DNA of 64,000 nucleotides from the human T2T-CHM13v2.0 reference genome, Homo sapiens: NCBI RefSeq assembly GCF_009914755.1, contig NC_060932.1; one strand, 5' to 3'. This document shows positions 19,048 to 37,388 of the stretch, in pieces; the stretch's first letter is position 1, and each line of letters begins with the position of its first letter. The notes beneath the pieces are model-generated. The model had not been told where the DNA came from, made no database searches, and saw nothing but the letters and a program-made list of their open reading frames with translations. Both the position numbers and the translations under genes were made by a program.

Positions 19048-19895
19048 GTTTTTTCTTATAAATGAAACTGGAATTTTTTCAAAATTTTTTTCCTCCACTG
19101 AAGCAATCACATTACTTTTCCCTGCTTCATGTGGGCTATTACATTGATCATTTTTTAATGAGATATAATTCAAGTACCTAAAATTATCTACTTTTAAAGT
19201 GTATAATTAAGTGGTTTTTGGAATATAGACAAATCTGTGACACTATCACCTCTGTTTTGTTCCAAAATATTTTAATCATCCCCAAAGGAAACCTCTACCC
19301 ATTAATCAGTTATTCCTCATTGTCCCTTCTGACCAGCCCCTGGCAACCACCAAGCTGCTTTCTGTCTCTGTGGATTTGCCTATTCTGGGAATTTAGTATA
19401 AATGGAATTGGACAACATGTGGCCTTTCATATCTGGCTTATTTAACTTAGCATAAAGTCTTCAACGTTCATCTGTGATGTAGCATGTATCAGCACTCCAA
19501 TCTTTTGTATGGCTGAATAACGATGAAGATTTCAGTTGTTTCTACTCTTTGGCTGTTATGAATAATGCTACTATGAGCATTTGGACACAAGTTTTTACAT
19601 GTATATGTGCTTTCATTTCTCCTAGGTAAATACTTAAGAGCAGAATTGCAGAGTCATAAAGTAACTCTAGGTTGACGTTTTTAACAAATTGCCAAACTTT
19701 TTGAAAGCAGCCAAACTTTTTGAAAGCAGCTGCACCTTTTTCATTCACATTAGGACCTACCACATCTTTGCCAAAACCTATTTTCTAATAGCCATCCTGG
19801 TAGGTGAAAAATGGTATTTCACTGTGATTTTAATTTTTATTTCACTAATTTCTAATATTATTGAGAACTTTTTCAACTTTTTCCTTCCTATTTGA

Positions 19896-20233
<338 letters not shown>

Positions 20234-21339
20234 GGCCCATGTTTTAATTGGGTTATTTGTCCTTTTATTGTTCACTTGTAAGAGTTCTTGATAATCTAGA
20301 TGCCTTTTGTATTTTCTTCCTGCCTAATGGCTCTGGCTGCAGCCTCTGGTACAAAGTTGAATGCACATCATGAGAGCAAAACGTTTCTTGCTCCTAGTCT
20401 TAGGAGAAAAGTTCTCAGTTGTTCACCGTTAAGTATAATGTTAACTGTGAGGTTTTCATAGATGCCCTGGTTGAAGTTCCCTTCTATTCCTAGTTTGTTG
20501 ACGGTAAAGAATGCTGGATTTGTCACATGCCTTTCTGCATCTACTGAGATGATCATGTGTTTTTGTCTTTTTTCCTACTATTATGGTATATTATGTGGCT
20601 AGATTTTCACATATTGAACCAACCTTACATTCCTAGAATAAATCCCACTTGGCCATGGTGTACAGTACATTTTATATGTTGTTGGACTTGGTTTGCTAGT
20701 AATTGTTGAAGATTTTTAGGTTTCTATTCATAAAGGATATTAATCTGTATAATTTTCTTATCTGTTTTGGGATCAGAATAATAATGACCTCATAACATAA
20801 GTTGGAAAGTAGTCCTTTGGCTTTTAGCTTTTGGAAGAGTTTGACATGGATTCGTGTTAACTCTTTTTAAGTCATCTGAATGTTTCTCTTGAGGGTAGTT
20901 CCAAAGGTTCCTCAGAGAGTCTCCATTTGGCTCTAGCTCCCTGATGTAGGCAGCACCTCCTTGGCTGGCTGCTTGTTGCTTGATCCCTCCACATCAGCTT
21001 CTGCTGCCTTTAGTGGTAAATCTCCATTTCTTTCCACTTTGCTATTTGAGCTCCAGAACACTGGCGTCGAACTACCAGTGGTTTCTTAAAGCTCCTTATA
21101 AGTTATAAGGTGAGCATCTCTTTCTTTCCCCTATGTGGGAGGGGAAAAATGCTACAATATTCTAGAAAGTTTTGCCATGGAAATGTTCTCTTCTCACCTC
21201 TTTAAATTTTACATATTTGTCCTTGATGTGGTGATTGGGCTGTCATCAGCTATTTAGCAATTGCTTCGATGATATTTAGAAAATGATATTAGAAATTGAG
21301 AAAATGATAGATTTTTGTGTCATTAAAAATGTGGAATGG

Positions 21340-21720
21340 CTTACTACATATCTATAATACTTAACACATTGTAGAATTGCAAGAGTATTAGACAAATGGA
21401 CAAAAAGAATGGAATACAGCGCCCAGAAACCTGATCCCACATATATGGGAACATAGATTATGACTCATGTGGAAATACAAATTAATGAACAAAGAGCTGA
21501 TAATTATATATGGTCCTTGGACAATTGATTATCCAAATAGATAAAGCAATAAATTAAATTCCTTTCTCATTCCATATACAGAATCCAAGTCCAGCTAGAT
21601 TAAAGAACAGATTGTGAAAACTTTAAATTTTTACAAGAATTTGTAGAAGATATTTAAGGCCACAGGGCAGAAAATATCTTTAATCATGATACTAAGAGTC
21701 CATTACATAAAGATATATGG
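21340..21720 (+). mobile_element. Old L1M ORF2 fragment
   Basis: agacaaatggacaaaaagaatggaatacagcgcccagaaac..., degenerate ORF2 C-terminal sequence. Confidence 0.55.
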
Positions 21721-22757
21721 AATAATTTTTAAAATTATATATGTAAAAGAAAATGTGAAAATATTAAATTTCACATTTAATATGAAAATTAGTGAAATGG
21801 TAAATTAGAACAAGTTTCAGATGTGCTTGAGTGTAAGGAAACTGGTGAACCTTTAAATATCATAGCTGCCCTCTTTGCATTAATCAGTTTTGATGAAGGT
21901 TATGGCTCTTTTATCTTGCTGTTTCTTCTTCAAAAACTACCTCAAGCTATTTGGAAAGTATTTTAAAGTTTTGTCATCTGTCCATTACATTTCCATCTTC
22001 CACCAAAAGCCATCAAAAAAGTTACCTTTGTTCTTTGGGGGAAATCCTTACTTATGTAGGCACCTTTCTCTCAAATATGGATATATGCCTTCCCTTATTT
22101 TATGTTTGGCTGTCTGCCTGGATAGAAAGTAGGAACTGATTTGTATTTTCAATTGAGAAAAGGATTTGTGACCCTTTTGTTTTCCAATATTGTTTCACAA
22201 AAGTCTGCAGCTACACACTACCCAGATGTAAATAGCCTCTTTGGTTCATCCTAAGAAAAAAATTATACTTTGACTAGAGGGACTAGAACTGTGTCTGCAA
22301 GATACCACTGGGACTAGTAAAAACAGCAAAAGGGTTGAAGTATTAGATCAATTAGATATTTTCAAGGGTTTGCTTAATTATGCAGAGTAACACAAAGAAT
22401 ACAGAACACAGGTGAGAGAAAAGCATAGTTTGCATGAAGATTCTTATTACTTGGTGTTAGAATAAGTAAACCATATAAATATTATGCAGGCTAAAATCCA
22501 TCTCAGTTACTTGATAGAGCTATGTGTGCTGACTGAATCTTATGCTTTTTAAATTTTTGACCCTTGTTTGTGCTTAGAATCCCATTTATTCGAATAAGAT
22601 TAAGAAATTCAAGGCTCCCATAATAGAATTGGAATGTTCATTGATCTTCTATGGAAAGATAGCTAAAAGAGGATAGAGCTAGTAGCCTAGTAGTTCTAGG
22701 TTCTCCTAATCCTATGGGTTGGAAATCATTAACTGCTTAGAAAAGTGGCATAATGGG

Positions 22758-23128
22758 CCCATCAATGGTAGACTGGATAAAGAAAATGTGGTACATATAC
22801 ACCATGGAATACTATGCAGCCATAAAAAGGAATGAGATCATGTCCTCTGCAGGGACATGGATGAAGCTGGAAGCCATCATCCTTAGCAAACTAACACAGG
22901 AACAGAAAACCAAACACTTCATGTTCTTACTCATAAGTGGGAGTTGAACAATGAGAACAGATGGACACATGGAGGGGAACAACACACACCAGGGCCTGTT
23001 GGGGGTGGGGGGCAAGGAGATGGAATTTAGAAGATGGGTCAATAGGTGCAGCAAACCACCGTGGCACACATACACCTATGTAACCTGCCTGTTCTGCACA
23101 TGTATCACGGAACTTAAAAATTTTTTTA
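22758..23128 (+). mobile_element. 5'-truncated L1PA 3' end (older L1PA)
   Basis: gactggataaagaaaatgtggtacatatacaccatggaatac...; 17-bp TSD aaaagtgg(c/t)ataatggg at 22741-22757 and 23129-23145. Confidence 0.93.
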
Positions 23129-23254
23129 AAAAGTGGTATAATGGGATAGAGTCAGAGTGGTACTTTTTTTTTTGCTTAGGTGTTATGCTTTGTTTGTAAA
23201 TGAGGCAAGTCTTATGTTGTAGATATTGCCACACACAAACACACAAAACAACTC

Positions 23255-23758
23255 CAAAACCCTTTGGGGGCCAAAGCCCTTGGCTTCATAGAGGTCTGCT
23301 TAAAAATCACTGACATTAGGCAGGTTGATTAACAGGAGAAAATACATATAAATTTATTTAATGTGTATACAGGGGAGCCTTCAGAATGAAGACACAACCC
23401 CACAACATGATTCAGAAGCCTATATATTATCCTGGCAAAACAGGATATGGGAAGGGGGAGAAAAGGAATTCTATTGGCAATTCTAGGGAGAATGAATGGA
23501 TCTGGGAAAAGATTGTAAATAATTTTCTTTGACAATGAAAAGGTCTGTTCAGGTGTGGTCTTATATTCTTGGTCTTACAGAGAAGGGAGGAAAAAACAGT
23601 TGTTTACTTTGGTGGATCTGGACTTCAGACAGATAAAAGAACGTCAACTTTTTTGGCAAAGACATTGAGGGATGGGGAAGGTCAGAGACCATGAGGCTGC
23701 TTCTTTGGTTCAGCATGTCAGTTGGCCATATTTTGGGGTATAAATCTGAGCTTCAACA
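23255..23758 (-). mobile_element. ERV1 solo LTR, MER39/MER34-like
   Basis: gattaacaggagaaaatacatataaatttattt...gccatattttggggtataaatctgagcttcaaca. Confidence 0.7.
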
Positions 23759-24326
23759 ATACAAATAAGCAAACAATTAAAAACCAACCTCTGATATTTA
23801 AAGTTTCTTCTGTGGTCTGATTACTTGGTTCATTTACCCTTTCAGCTGCTTGAGAATGGGAAGTACCCTTTCAAGAAAGCCTATGTTACCATCTGAATTT
23901 TGGGTTGACAGAGTTCTATTATGTGTTCTCCTAACCACTTTTCCTAGGAAATTAAATGATTATAATCTCATCCCTTTTTTTCTTTTCCATCAATAACTAT
24001 CGGAATACATATTCAAGTCTAATTTTGTTGCTTTGCTCAGAGTTGTGGGAAATTTCTCAAATATTACTTGTGAAAAAGGTCCTTGACTTAATTTTTTATT
24101 TTTCTTCTCCATCCTATTTCTTTGCAGATGCTGAGAATTTAATGATCAGTTGTCTCCATGCTGCTTTTATACTCAAATTTGTTTCAGTTAACTGCCCTTC
24201 TTCAATAATTTACCACTGGTTTCGCACAGGCTCTTTGTGTGACACAGAAGCTGTCTTCTTGCTAAATGTGAGGGCTTTTATTGCATTTCTTTTTTATTTT
24301 ATTTTTTTTTTAGTTAATCTGGAGGT

Positions 24327-27236
<2,910 letters not shown>

Positions 27237-30200
27237 AATTTCATTTTCATAGTAATGATATTGGTATCAGATTATCACTGTATTTTTTCCTTGGGTTCTT
27301 TGCAGATGATAGAAACATTTTCTGCTTTCAAATTGGCCATGTGCCTCTTTGGAGCAAATGTTCCTTGAGGATAGACAGTTATTGATAAACCCACATAGAG
27401 TCACTTACAGTAACCCTAGAACAGATTGAGTGTCTAGGAGCTCAGTGAGAGCAGACAGAAAGTGAGATAGGAGTGGGGAGAACTAGACTCCTGACGCCTG
27501 CAAAAGTAATTTGGGAGGAAGTGAATTCTTCTCTTTCTGGTAACACTAGGGAAGATTCAAGGTAGTGATAGTGTAAATAGGAAAAACACACAACTAAAGC
27601 AGTCTGGGATTATTAGCATCTGATGAAGTTATAATAAAGAGTTTTCTACAGAGACATCCTTGTACACTGTACCATCCTCACACCATAATTTGATTGGCAA
27701 AAGGGCAGATTGTCAGCTTTTATGCAAACTACTTGATAGTATTTTATGTTCATATTAGTTTGATGCATGATGTCCTCAGCTGTGTTTCATATATTCCCAG
27801 GATATATATTGTGAATACATAGTCAAGTCTTATTGTGTTGCTTTGCTCACAGTTGCAGGAAATTTCCCCAATATTGTGCAAAATGTTGCACAAGTTGCAA
27901 GAATAGCATATGGCAAGTTAGAAAAGGCTCATGACATGCTTTCCACAGAAATTTTTGTAAGAAGGTACTGACGTACACCTCACACCAAGTACTACTGCTG
28001 CTCTTTCATGGTTAGCCCTTTACAGGCTCCCATAGAACCTCTTCTACATACACTTATGCAGCGCCTGGAGATGGTGTCTATTTTGTTCACCACTGTATCT
28101 CCAGTGTTCTGAATGGTACTTAGTACATAGCAGACTTACAATAAATACTGTTGAAGGAAAGTGATATTCAGAGGTCTTAAGTATCTGGTTCATAAGTATA
28201 TAGCTCAAGCTAGTAAGCTTCAAAACAAAAACTCCAGTCCAGATCTATATGGCTTCAAATTCATTCTTCTATTATGTTTACTCATCTATAATATAATTTA
28301 TTGAATGAATCCTTCTTTACTATTTTTAGCAAAACAATTTATGAAGTATATCAAGCAATAAACAAAAGCTCTGATTAAGCATTATTATGTAATAACCAAT
28401 ACATATACATAATTTATGAGATTTTAGAAAGCATAATAACAACACTGGTGAACCCACTGTTGAGGTTAAAAACAGGAACGTTATCAACATCATTGAGTTA
28501 TGTGCATATTCTTTCAAAATTCCATTCCTTTACCACCTTTCCAGAAGTAACTGATGTATTTATTATTCTTTCTTTCTACAATAAATTTACCAAATACGTA
28601 GCAATCCCTACATAAAGGCAGTTTCTAAAACAAGTAACAGTTCAAAATTGATAACATGTAATAATTAGGTACATACTATAGGTCATTTCATATATTATGC
28701 AATTTTATTCAACTTTTTTCACTCAACATTGTTTATTGTGTCACCAGTAGCTATAATATATTCATTTTCACAATTCTGTAATATTATGTGACTATGCTAT
28801 AATCAATACGTTTTTTCTGTAAATTGACTTTTGTTACCTGATTTTTTTCTATTTCTATTGCTATTATTGACAACAGTTATTATTGACAATTATAAAATTC
28901 TGGTATATATCTTTTGGGTCTCACATGCAAATTTCTCTAGGTTTTGTTTCTAGGAGTAAACTTGCTGGGTTATAGATAAGTTAGTGTTTAGATGTATAAG
29001 ATGAACGTTTTTCAAATAAGATGTTTCCAATTATGCTTATACTATAGAGCTGTATATCTTTTTCATCAATCTACTTCTTACCAACAATATATATCAATTT
29101 TTAATTTTAGTATAATGCAAAAAAAAGATATCTTATTGTGATCCTACTTTGTACTTCTTTGATTACTGAAGAGGCTGGGTCATTAGTACTTTCTCTGATC
29201 TGAAATGCCGGTTTGGCCACTTACTAGTTTTTTGAGGGGAGAGAGGAAGTTGTTATTTTATTCTCAATGTGGAAGAGTTCATTATACTTAATGAATACTA
29301 ATTATTTGTTGACTATAAAAGTTACAAATAGTTTGTAACTTTATATTATGGTGTCTTTAGATAAGCAGAAGTTCTTCCTATTAATCTAGGTGAGCTTAGC
29401 ATTGTTTAAAAATTTATAGTTAATATTTTCTCTATTCTGAGTTCACAAAGATTATTTTCTATATTTTGCTCTCAAAGTTTTAAAATATTCCCTTTTGCCT
29501 TAAATTTTTGATCTACCTGGAATTGATGCCTGTATATGCCTATATATAATATTGTTTATTATATAAACAAATAATACCTGCATTTTTTAATATTATTAGC
29601 TTACTTCCTTTCTCCAGATATCGTAATATCATCTTTGCCATATATCAGGTTCTGTTATGTATAGATCTGTTTCTGGGTTCTCTATTTTACTGGGAATTCT
29701 GTCCTAGTGTCTGATAGGTTTTTGCTTATTAATTGACACTGTATTCATTGACATAGCTTTATAATAAAACTTGGTATCTGGTAGCACAATTTTGTTTTCC
29801 TATCCTTCTTCAATACTTTACCCATTACTGAGCCTTTGCCTTTTCAAATAAATTTTAGAATTAGCTTCTCAAGTTTCTCAAAAACCTTATTAGAAAAAAA
29901 TTAAATCTATAGTTCATTTTGAGGAGAAATTTAAGGAGACATTTTTATGATATTGAGTTTATGATATTGGAAACAAATTAAATCTGTAGTTCAATTTAAG
30001 GTGACATTTTTATGATATTGAGTTATCCCATCCCATGAACATGGCATATTTCCCTTTTCATATTTATGTCTTTTAAAAACAGCTTTCAAAAAATTTTGTC
30101 TTTCTTCCTTAGTTTCTTACAGATCCTCTTAAAATATCTATTTCATTTTACTTACATATTTTTGCTATTACAAAGAATTCTAAAATGTTTTCTAGTTTTA

Positions 30201-31582
30201 TAGTTGTTGTATAGTAACACAATAAAATTTGCATATTGTTATAGTCAGACACCTTGCTAAATACTCATTAATTCTCATATTTTGTTGGTAGATGGGGTTT
30301 CTATATAAGCAATCAAATCACCTTTTAATAGTGACAGCCTGGTTTCTTTCCATATTTATAGTATTTTCTTCTCTTACAAACTGGATGGGATCTTCAGCAT
30401 AATGTTGAATAGAGGTAGTGATTTGGGGTATCCATCTTTTTCTTTTTCATGATAATAAATTGAATGCCCCCATTACATCATTAGTATTTGCTATGGGTTC
30501 TTTTTCTCCTTGTAAATGCTTCTTAGCAGATAAGGAAAACTGTCTTCTATTCCTGTTTTATTAAGCATTTAGTTTAGTTTTGTTGGAAAAGGGTGTTGGA
30601 TTATAGAAAATGTTTTTTCTGCATCTGTTGAGACGACTATATTTTTTCTCATTTAACCTGGAAATATAGTGGTTTACACTTACAACATTTTAATGTTAAG
30701 CCACCTTTGATTATTGGAGTAAACACAACCTCTTCATGATATATTCTCTAACACTTGACTACATTTGGATACCTAATAATTTCTTATCTTTTAAAAGGTT
30801 GACAAAATTTTATACATTTCTCATGTACATGATGGCTTCAAAATTTAGACACTGTGGAATAGCAAAATTGAGCTAATTTACAAATACATTACCTCACATA
30901 CTTATTTTTCATGGTGAGAACACTGAAAACCTATTCTCTTAGCAATTTTCAAGATTATAATACATTGTTGTTAATTATAGTCACCATATTGTACAATAGA
31001 TCTCTGAACCTTGGTCATCCACGCTGATATTTTGTATTTTGATCAATATTTTCCCAACCTCCTTCCCACCCCCAGTCTCTGCTAACTACCATTCTTACAC
31101 TCTACTTCTATGAATTCAACATTTTTAGAGTCTACAGATAAGTGAGATCATGGGGGTATTTGTCGGTCTGTGTCTGGCTTATTTCACTGAACATAATGTC
31201 TATGTTGTCAAAAATGGTAGGATTTTGTTTTTAAGGCTGAATATCCCATTGCATATTCCATTGTGTATATAAACCACATTTTCTTTATTCATTCATCCAC
31301 TGAAAGACACTGAAGTCAATTCCATATCCTGGCTATTGCAAATTATGCCACAATAAACATGGCAGTGTGGATATCTCTTTGACAAATATTTTATTTCATT
31401 TTTTTGTTATATGCATATTCAGTAGTGGGATGGCTGCTGAATTACTAATATTTTCTCATACATGTGAATGCGATTGGCTTTTCTTTTACTAGATTTGCAT
31501 GATTTTTGTATTTGAGGTAAAACTAGACTCAAAGAAACGGTTTTTTTTTCCTAATTTCTGATGAATTTTGTAAATTATTGAA

Positions 31583-32118
31583 ACATGGCAGATTGTGCTT
31601 TCCGAAAATGGCCACAGCAATTTTTCAGTCCCACAACATCTACCAGAACCTTTCCACTCCTTTTAGGAGGTGAGGTCTATTTTCCTTTCCCTTAAAAGGT
31701 GAGGGAACTTTGTGACTGAGTCAACAAGCAGAGTGAGGCAGATGTGATGTGTCATGACTTCTAGGGCTAAGTGATGAAACGTCAAGTGCCCTGCCCTAGG
31801 AATGCTCTTGGGATGCTCACTTGGGAAAAAGCCACCATGTTGAGAGGTCCAAGTCACATGGGGTGGTTGCATGTAGGTGTTCTGGCTGACAGACCCAGTC
31901 AAGGTTTCAGACAGTTGCCTGCACCAACCCCAGATGTGTGAACGATTGAACTTTGATTGGATTCCAGCCTCCAGCCTTTGAGCTGCTCCAGTTGATGTGA
32001 GTGGAACAGAGAAGAATGAGTTCCATTAATCCCTGCTCACACTAAAGGACCATGAACAACATAAATGTTAATTCAGTAAGTTTTGGAGTGGTTTGCCACT
32101 CAGCACTAGATAGCATAT
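31583..32118 (+). mobile_element. MLT1G/H-like MaLR LTR
   Basis: tggcagattgtgctttccgaaaatggccacagcaa...gttttggagtggtttgccactcagcactagata. Confidence 0.75.
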
Positions 32119-32635
32119 AGTTTGGCAAATTTTATTTGTTAAAATTTGGGTTTTAGTCACATTCATTTGGTTTCATTGCTACAAAAACTTTCCCATTTTG
32201 TCCCAGTTTTCAAATTTGTATTATAAAATTGTTCATAGTATTACATACTTAGATTAATTAAACCTCTTATAGTGAACCAAAAAACAAATTATTAAAATCA
32301 TGACAGATATTTTTATTCATCACTAGCAATTTCAGTCTATTTACATTTTATTGTGTGCAAATATATTCGAAATTGTTTTCACCACCTTTGTGCTTTCTAT
32401 TTGTTTCACTTTCATTTATTTTTTTTTCTACTTTGGGTTTATTTTTTCCTTATTTGATTTTTCCACACCTTACTTCTCTATTTTTATTCCTTAGTGATTA
32501 TTATAAACATTTTACCAGGCATATTTAGTGATTTAAAAGTCTTAAAGAGAGCCAGTATCTTAACTAAAGAACACAGGGACCCTAGAACCATCTACTTCTG
32601 ACTAACACATTCCAAATTACAAGTGTATATTTAGT

Positions 32636-32835
32636 GCAGCATTGTATAATATAAACTCTTGTGATAATAGAAGTGTCCTATATCTGTTTTATCCAAAACA
32701 TTAGCCTCTATTGGTATATGGCTATTGATTACAAGAAATGTGGCCAGTGTGACTCAGGAACTAAATTTTTAACTTAATTGTATTTAAATTTAAATAGCAA
32801 CTTGTGGCTAGTAGATTCTGTATTGGACAGTGTCA
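32636..32835 (+). mobile_element. MER3 (hAT-Charlie) MITE
   Basis: gaaatgtggccagtgtgactcaggaactaaatttttaa...aaatagcaacttgtggctagtagattctgtattggacagtg. Confidence 0.75.
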
Positions 32836-34679
32836 GTGTAGTATTTTTGTTGTCCCTATGAACTCAGAATTTACTCATTTTATTATGTATTATTTTACAT
32901 TATTTCTTTTCAGATTAATTTACATATTTCACAATTTCTTGGATCAACAGTTCTTGCATTTTAGAACTTGTTACAATCTTTCCTTCTTTAAATATATCTT
33001 TTAGAATGTACGTTAGTAAAGATTTGCTGGTGGTAAACTCAGTTTTTAATTTTGGACATGTGTTTGACAATGTCCTAGAAAAATAATTTTTATAACACAA
33101 TTCTAGGTTGATAGTATTTCTCTCAGTATTTTGAATATATTACTCTATGAACTCTGGTTTCCATTGAAGCTATTGAGAAATCTGCTGTTAGAGTAGATCA
33201 TCCTCCTTTTAGGCACTCTGGTTTTTTCTGTGGCTCTCTTTCAGATACTTTATCTTTGGTGCTCTGAAATTTTACTATGTTTTACTTGTGGATTTTTCTT
33301 TGCTTGATCCTCTTGGTATATATTGTGCATTTTCTATTGTAGATGTGTGCCTATCCAAAAAGTCAAGGAATTCCCAGCTTAAGTCTCTGTCTTCCCAATA
33401 TTGCCTCTTTTCCATTCTCTTATTTTTTAGAGTACAATTACATATATGTTTGACCTTCTCATTTTTATTCTGTTTTCAATAGCTCTTTTTATATTTTCAT
33501 GTCCTTGTCTCTCAATGCTGCAAGTTCTACAGCTCTTACTTCTAGTTCATTGTCTTTTCACCGTTAATATGTTATTTAATTTAAATAACGGAATTAAATT
33601 AAATTAAAACTGAGCTTTTAATTTCAATAAATCTATTTTTTCTAAAATTTCTACTTCATCTTTCTATAATCAGTTTGCTTAGTCATTTTTAATAATTTCT
33701 TGTTCCTCACTGACTTTTACTATTTAAAAAATTTCCTAGATATTTTATAATGTGATCATTTTCTATTTACCATCAGCTAATTCCAATGTCTCCAATATTT
33801 GATAGTTTTTTTGTGTGGTTTCTGCTGATTCTCACTCATGGTGGCCTATTTTATTTATGGTTGGGTAAATTAAAAAAAATTGTGAGCTTATTTTAACTAC
33901 ACATAATCTTTGAGAACAGAAGCCCTAATGTGTAGAGTAGCTTTCTGCCATATAAAGTGACTATAGATCTGTGTTCCTTTGGCTCCAGTAAAAGTAAATG
34001 TACATCTTAACTTTTGTGGAGGATCCTGCCTTCATGCTAGGCATCCTGACCTTAAAGAATGGCCGAGCCATCTCCTGAGCCAGGGACTGTTCTTAGAATC
34101 AGGGAACCTTGGCTTTTGTGTTTGCTTACTGGCATAATTCAGGGTATAGCTCCCTGTTTCTTTTCTTCTTTCTCCACTTTCTCCTTCCCATATATTTTCT
34201 TTGTCTTCATCTTTGGTGATTTCTACAGGTTTTTTTTAACCCCAACACTGCTTTAAGAAATAAGTTTGTTGTAGTTATGCGGGATCAAATTGCATTGCCA
34301 TCCATGGGCCATTAGAAACATCTATCTCATAATTCTAACAGCAGAAGTCAGCCCGTCATTATAACTGACAGCCTTCTTCTAGTGCCCTGAAGCATCTCTG
34401 GATTGGTGTAAGGTGTTTATTATGGAGTCTCCAGCTCTGGAATTACATTGATTCACTTTATTTTCCTTGCCTGCCAGATTTGTTCAGGCTTCATGAAAAT
34501 CCAATTATGTTATCAGATATATCATTAAACTAATTATTTTAATAAAATATGCACAAAAATACTAAATTATGTGAAAAGTAGATATAGCTTTTACATTTAT
34601 AGTCTTCCTTGAGAAAATGTTTTACAACATACTTGTATGTATATTTTCTCTTTTCCAAATTCATATTATTTAAGATCAC

Positions 34680-34910
34680 AGGGAAAGGAAATGTGGAAAA
34701 AAATACTGAATTTGGGGTCAGAAAATAGTCTGTAATCTCAGCTTAGACATTAAGCATATTATTTTCAACAATATAATGAGCCTGTTTTCTCATCTGTATA
34801 ATGGAGATAATTTCTATTTTGTACAGTCACTATGAGATTTAAATCAATTAAACAAGATCATACATGTGGAATTACCCATTACGGTGTCCAGCACATAGTA
34901 GATACTTGCA
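34680..34910 (+). mobile_element. MIR
   Basis: gagcctgttttctcatctgtataatggagataat...gtccagcacatagtagatactt. Confidence 0.7.
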
Positions 34911-36756
34911 CAGGATTAATTTTTCTTTCCTTCTCATGACATCCATGAGTTTATGTGACTAGATGTATTATTTCTGAAAATATATCTTGAATTTTTTAAT
35001 GATCTTTATTTACTTCTAGGATAACCTATCAGCTTTATTTCTGTACTAAGAGTTAATTTTTAAAAATAGGACAGAGTGTAACTCCTACCTATACAAATTA
35101 AGTCACCTTCAAGATATGGAAAGTTAGATCTGATTGTAGTTAAAAATGTGAACAATGCTTGTGTAACTTTAGTTAGTCAACATCTGGAACTGATCTAGAA
35201 AACTTTGATTAACAGAACCAGCATGATGAATCCCAGATGTTTCAGCAAGGCTGTGTTTCCTAGGCTCACTGGATCGTGAAAGTGAGTACATTCAAGGAAG
35301 GGAAACATTTAAAAGAACTAGGTGTCAAAATGGCTGAGGGGATATTTGAATATTGGTTCACTTGTTGGGGAGAGGTGGTCTCTTTAAATGAACATCTCCT
35401 TTCAGGTTTTATCTATGTTAAGACAAAAATCTGATTTTTGATTTCCTCAATAATATATCTTGAAACTTCACTTACATTTATAGTTGCCAAACAGATTTTT
35501 GAACATCTACTTATATGCAAGTTCATGCAGTTGGAAAGACAAATAATAGTCCCTGCCTTTGATGATTCAGTTTAGCAAGGGAGATAGTCATGTGAACAAT
35601 AACTACAATCAATTATAACTGCTGGAATGAAAGGCTGAGCACAGAAAGTATCAGGTCTTCAAAAGAAGATGGGAAGGTTTCATGGAGTAGGAGACACAGG
35701 GCTCAAGATCTCCATCTGAAGTGGCATTCAGCTGTGCTCTTATAATACAGCAACTTCCACAGTATGGTAAGTTCCATAGATCACTGGACAATTTGTCATG
35801 CCACAAAACTATATTTAGAACAGCAACTTCTGAAATGAAAAACTAAAGTATTTTGACAATCCAGTGTCACAATGGTGAAATCTTGATTAGTAACCTTATG
35901 GCCTTGCCATCCTTTGGTAAAGCTCCTAGAAAAACAATAAATATTTTAGTATTTCCCACAAATTGTGCTTTCCACTAAAGGAATGCATTCACCTTTTGCA
36001 ACCTTTTTCTTGCTCTCATGAATGCCTGATGCTGTGGACAGGAAAAAAATCAGAAATGTTCTGAGTTCAAAATTACTTTAGAAGCCTTTGGGGGAAAACA
36101 CATACCTTTTTTGTTTTGTGTTTGTTTGTTTGTGTTTATGTTTTGTGACCTACTTTAGTTTTCATAAAATCTGCTCCATTTTTCCCCCAAGGAAATCTAC
36201 TCTGAGTGAAAAGAAACAAAACCTATACCCTAAGGAGAGGAGCCCAAATGCCCTATTGACAGCAATTTTGAAAAGAATTAAATTTATTATTAATAGCATG
36301 GATAACAGAAAATATAAGGCTGATTATTACACAAACGGTTTTCAGTGAAAACTAATGGGCCATCAGGCTCAAATGTGCTTATCTCCTTTCTTTATCCAGC
36401 CATGAGCAGCACTTTATCCCTTTTGTTTTCAACAAAGGAGGTTTACTGCCTCCTTCTCTATCATCCAGTGCTAAACTGCCCCTAAACTCCTATCAATCCT
36501 TTACCTGAAATAACAGATATGCTTGTCCCCACGTTCAGAGATTCTTTAACCAGCAGATAAGGGCTATTGTCTGGGACAATTTCCTGAGATTCCAGCCCTT
36601 CTTATCCAATCAATGCCTACTTGTCTTTCAAAATTTGGGGTTTAGATATTTCCTCTGAAAGAACTCCCCCAGTCCTTCCAGGCTCATTAAGATCCACGTG
36701 CTACCTACATCCCTATGATTCTGTCACATGACCCTCATCACACCTGTAATTACATG

Positions 36757-37388
36757 TGTAGGGAAGTTCAAACATTTCCTCTGAAGATCTGAGATTTCAG
36801 TTTGTTGAAATAAACTGGCAATAGACAGATTCACAGGAGAAAAGGCATCACAAATTTATTTGATCATAGTTTTACATGACATGGGAGGCTTCAGACTGAC
36901 GACCCCAAAGACCCAGGGTGAACTATCCATTTTTATGCTTAGGTAGATGAAGCATGGCCAGCCATGTAGAAAGATGATTAAACAAAAAGGGTGTGATCTA
37001 ATAGTAATAGACTGAGGGGCGGGAAACCCAGCAAGCCCTGCCTGTTTGGATTCTTCTCCCTGCAGCATTCCTTCCTTCTGAGTATGGGGCAGGGCCCTCT
37101 TTGGAATGGGGGTCTTATGACCTACAATCAAACAAGGGAGGCCAGAGAATTTCTTTATGGCCAATTCTCACACAGAAAGGTGGGGGAAAGTTGGAGTCAC
37201 ATTTTTAGGTTTTATGTCTGGCTTTGGGGAAAACGGGTTCTGGTTTTTATGGCTCACCATGGGGAAGAGGAATTATAGTTTCTATGGCTAGCCTCTGTGG
37301 AGAATGGGGGGTGAGAGACAGGAGGACAAAGATAGAAACTTTGCTTTCGAGGCTGCCGCTTTGGAGTATCATTTTCTGAGCCCCAGTA
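36757..37388 (-). mobile_element. ERV1 solo LTR, MER39-like, inserted in an L2
   Basis: tgtagggaag...gagtatcattttctgagccccagta; 4-bp TSD catg at 36753-36756 and 37389-37392; L2-like flanks on both sides. Confidence 0.8.

Larger units (their letters stand above)
28330..33900 (-). mobile_element. Highly diverged L1M fragments with nested younger elements (including an L1MA 3' end at ~30800-31430)
   Basis: Antisense L1-like blocks, e.g. aataaattttagaattagcttctcaagtttc, aatgttgaatagaggtagtg, ttatagtcaccatattgtacaatagatctctgaac. Confidence 0.65.
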
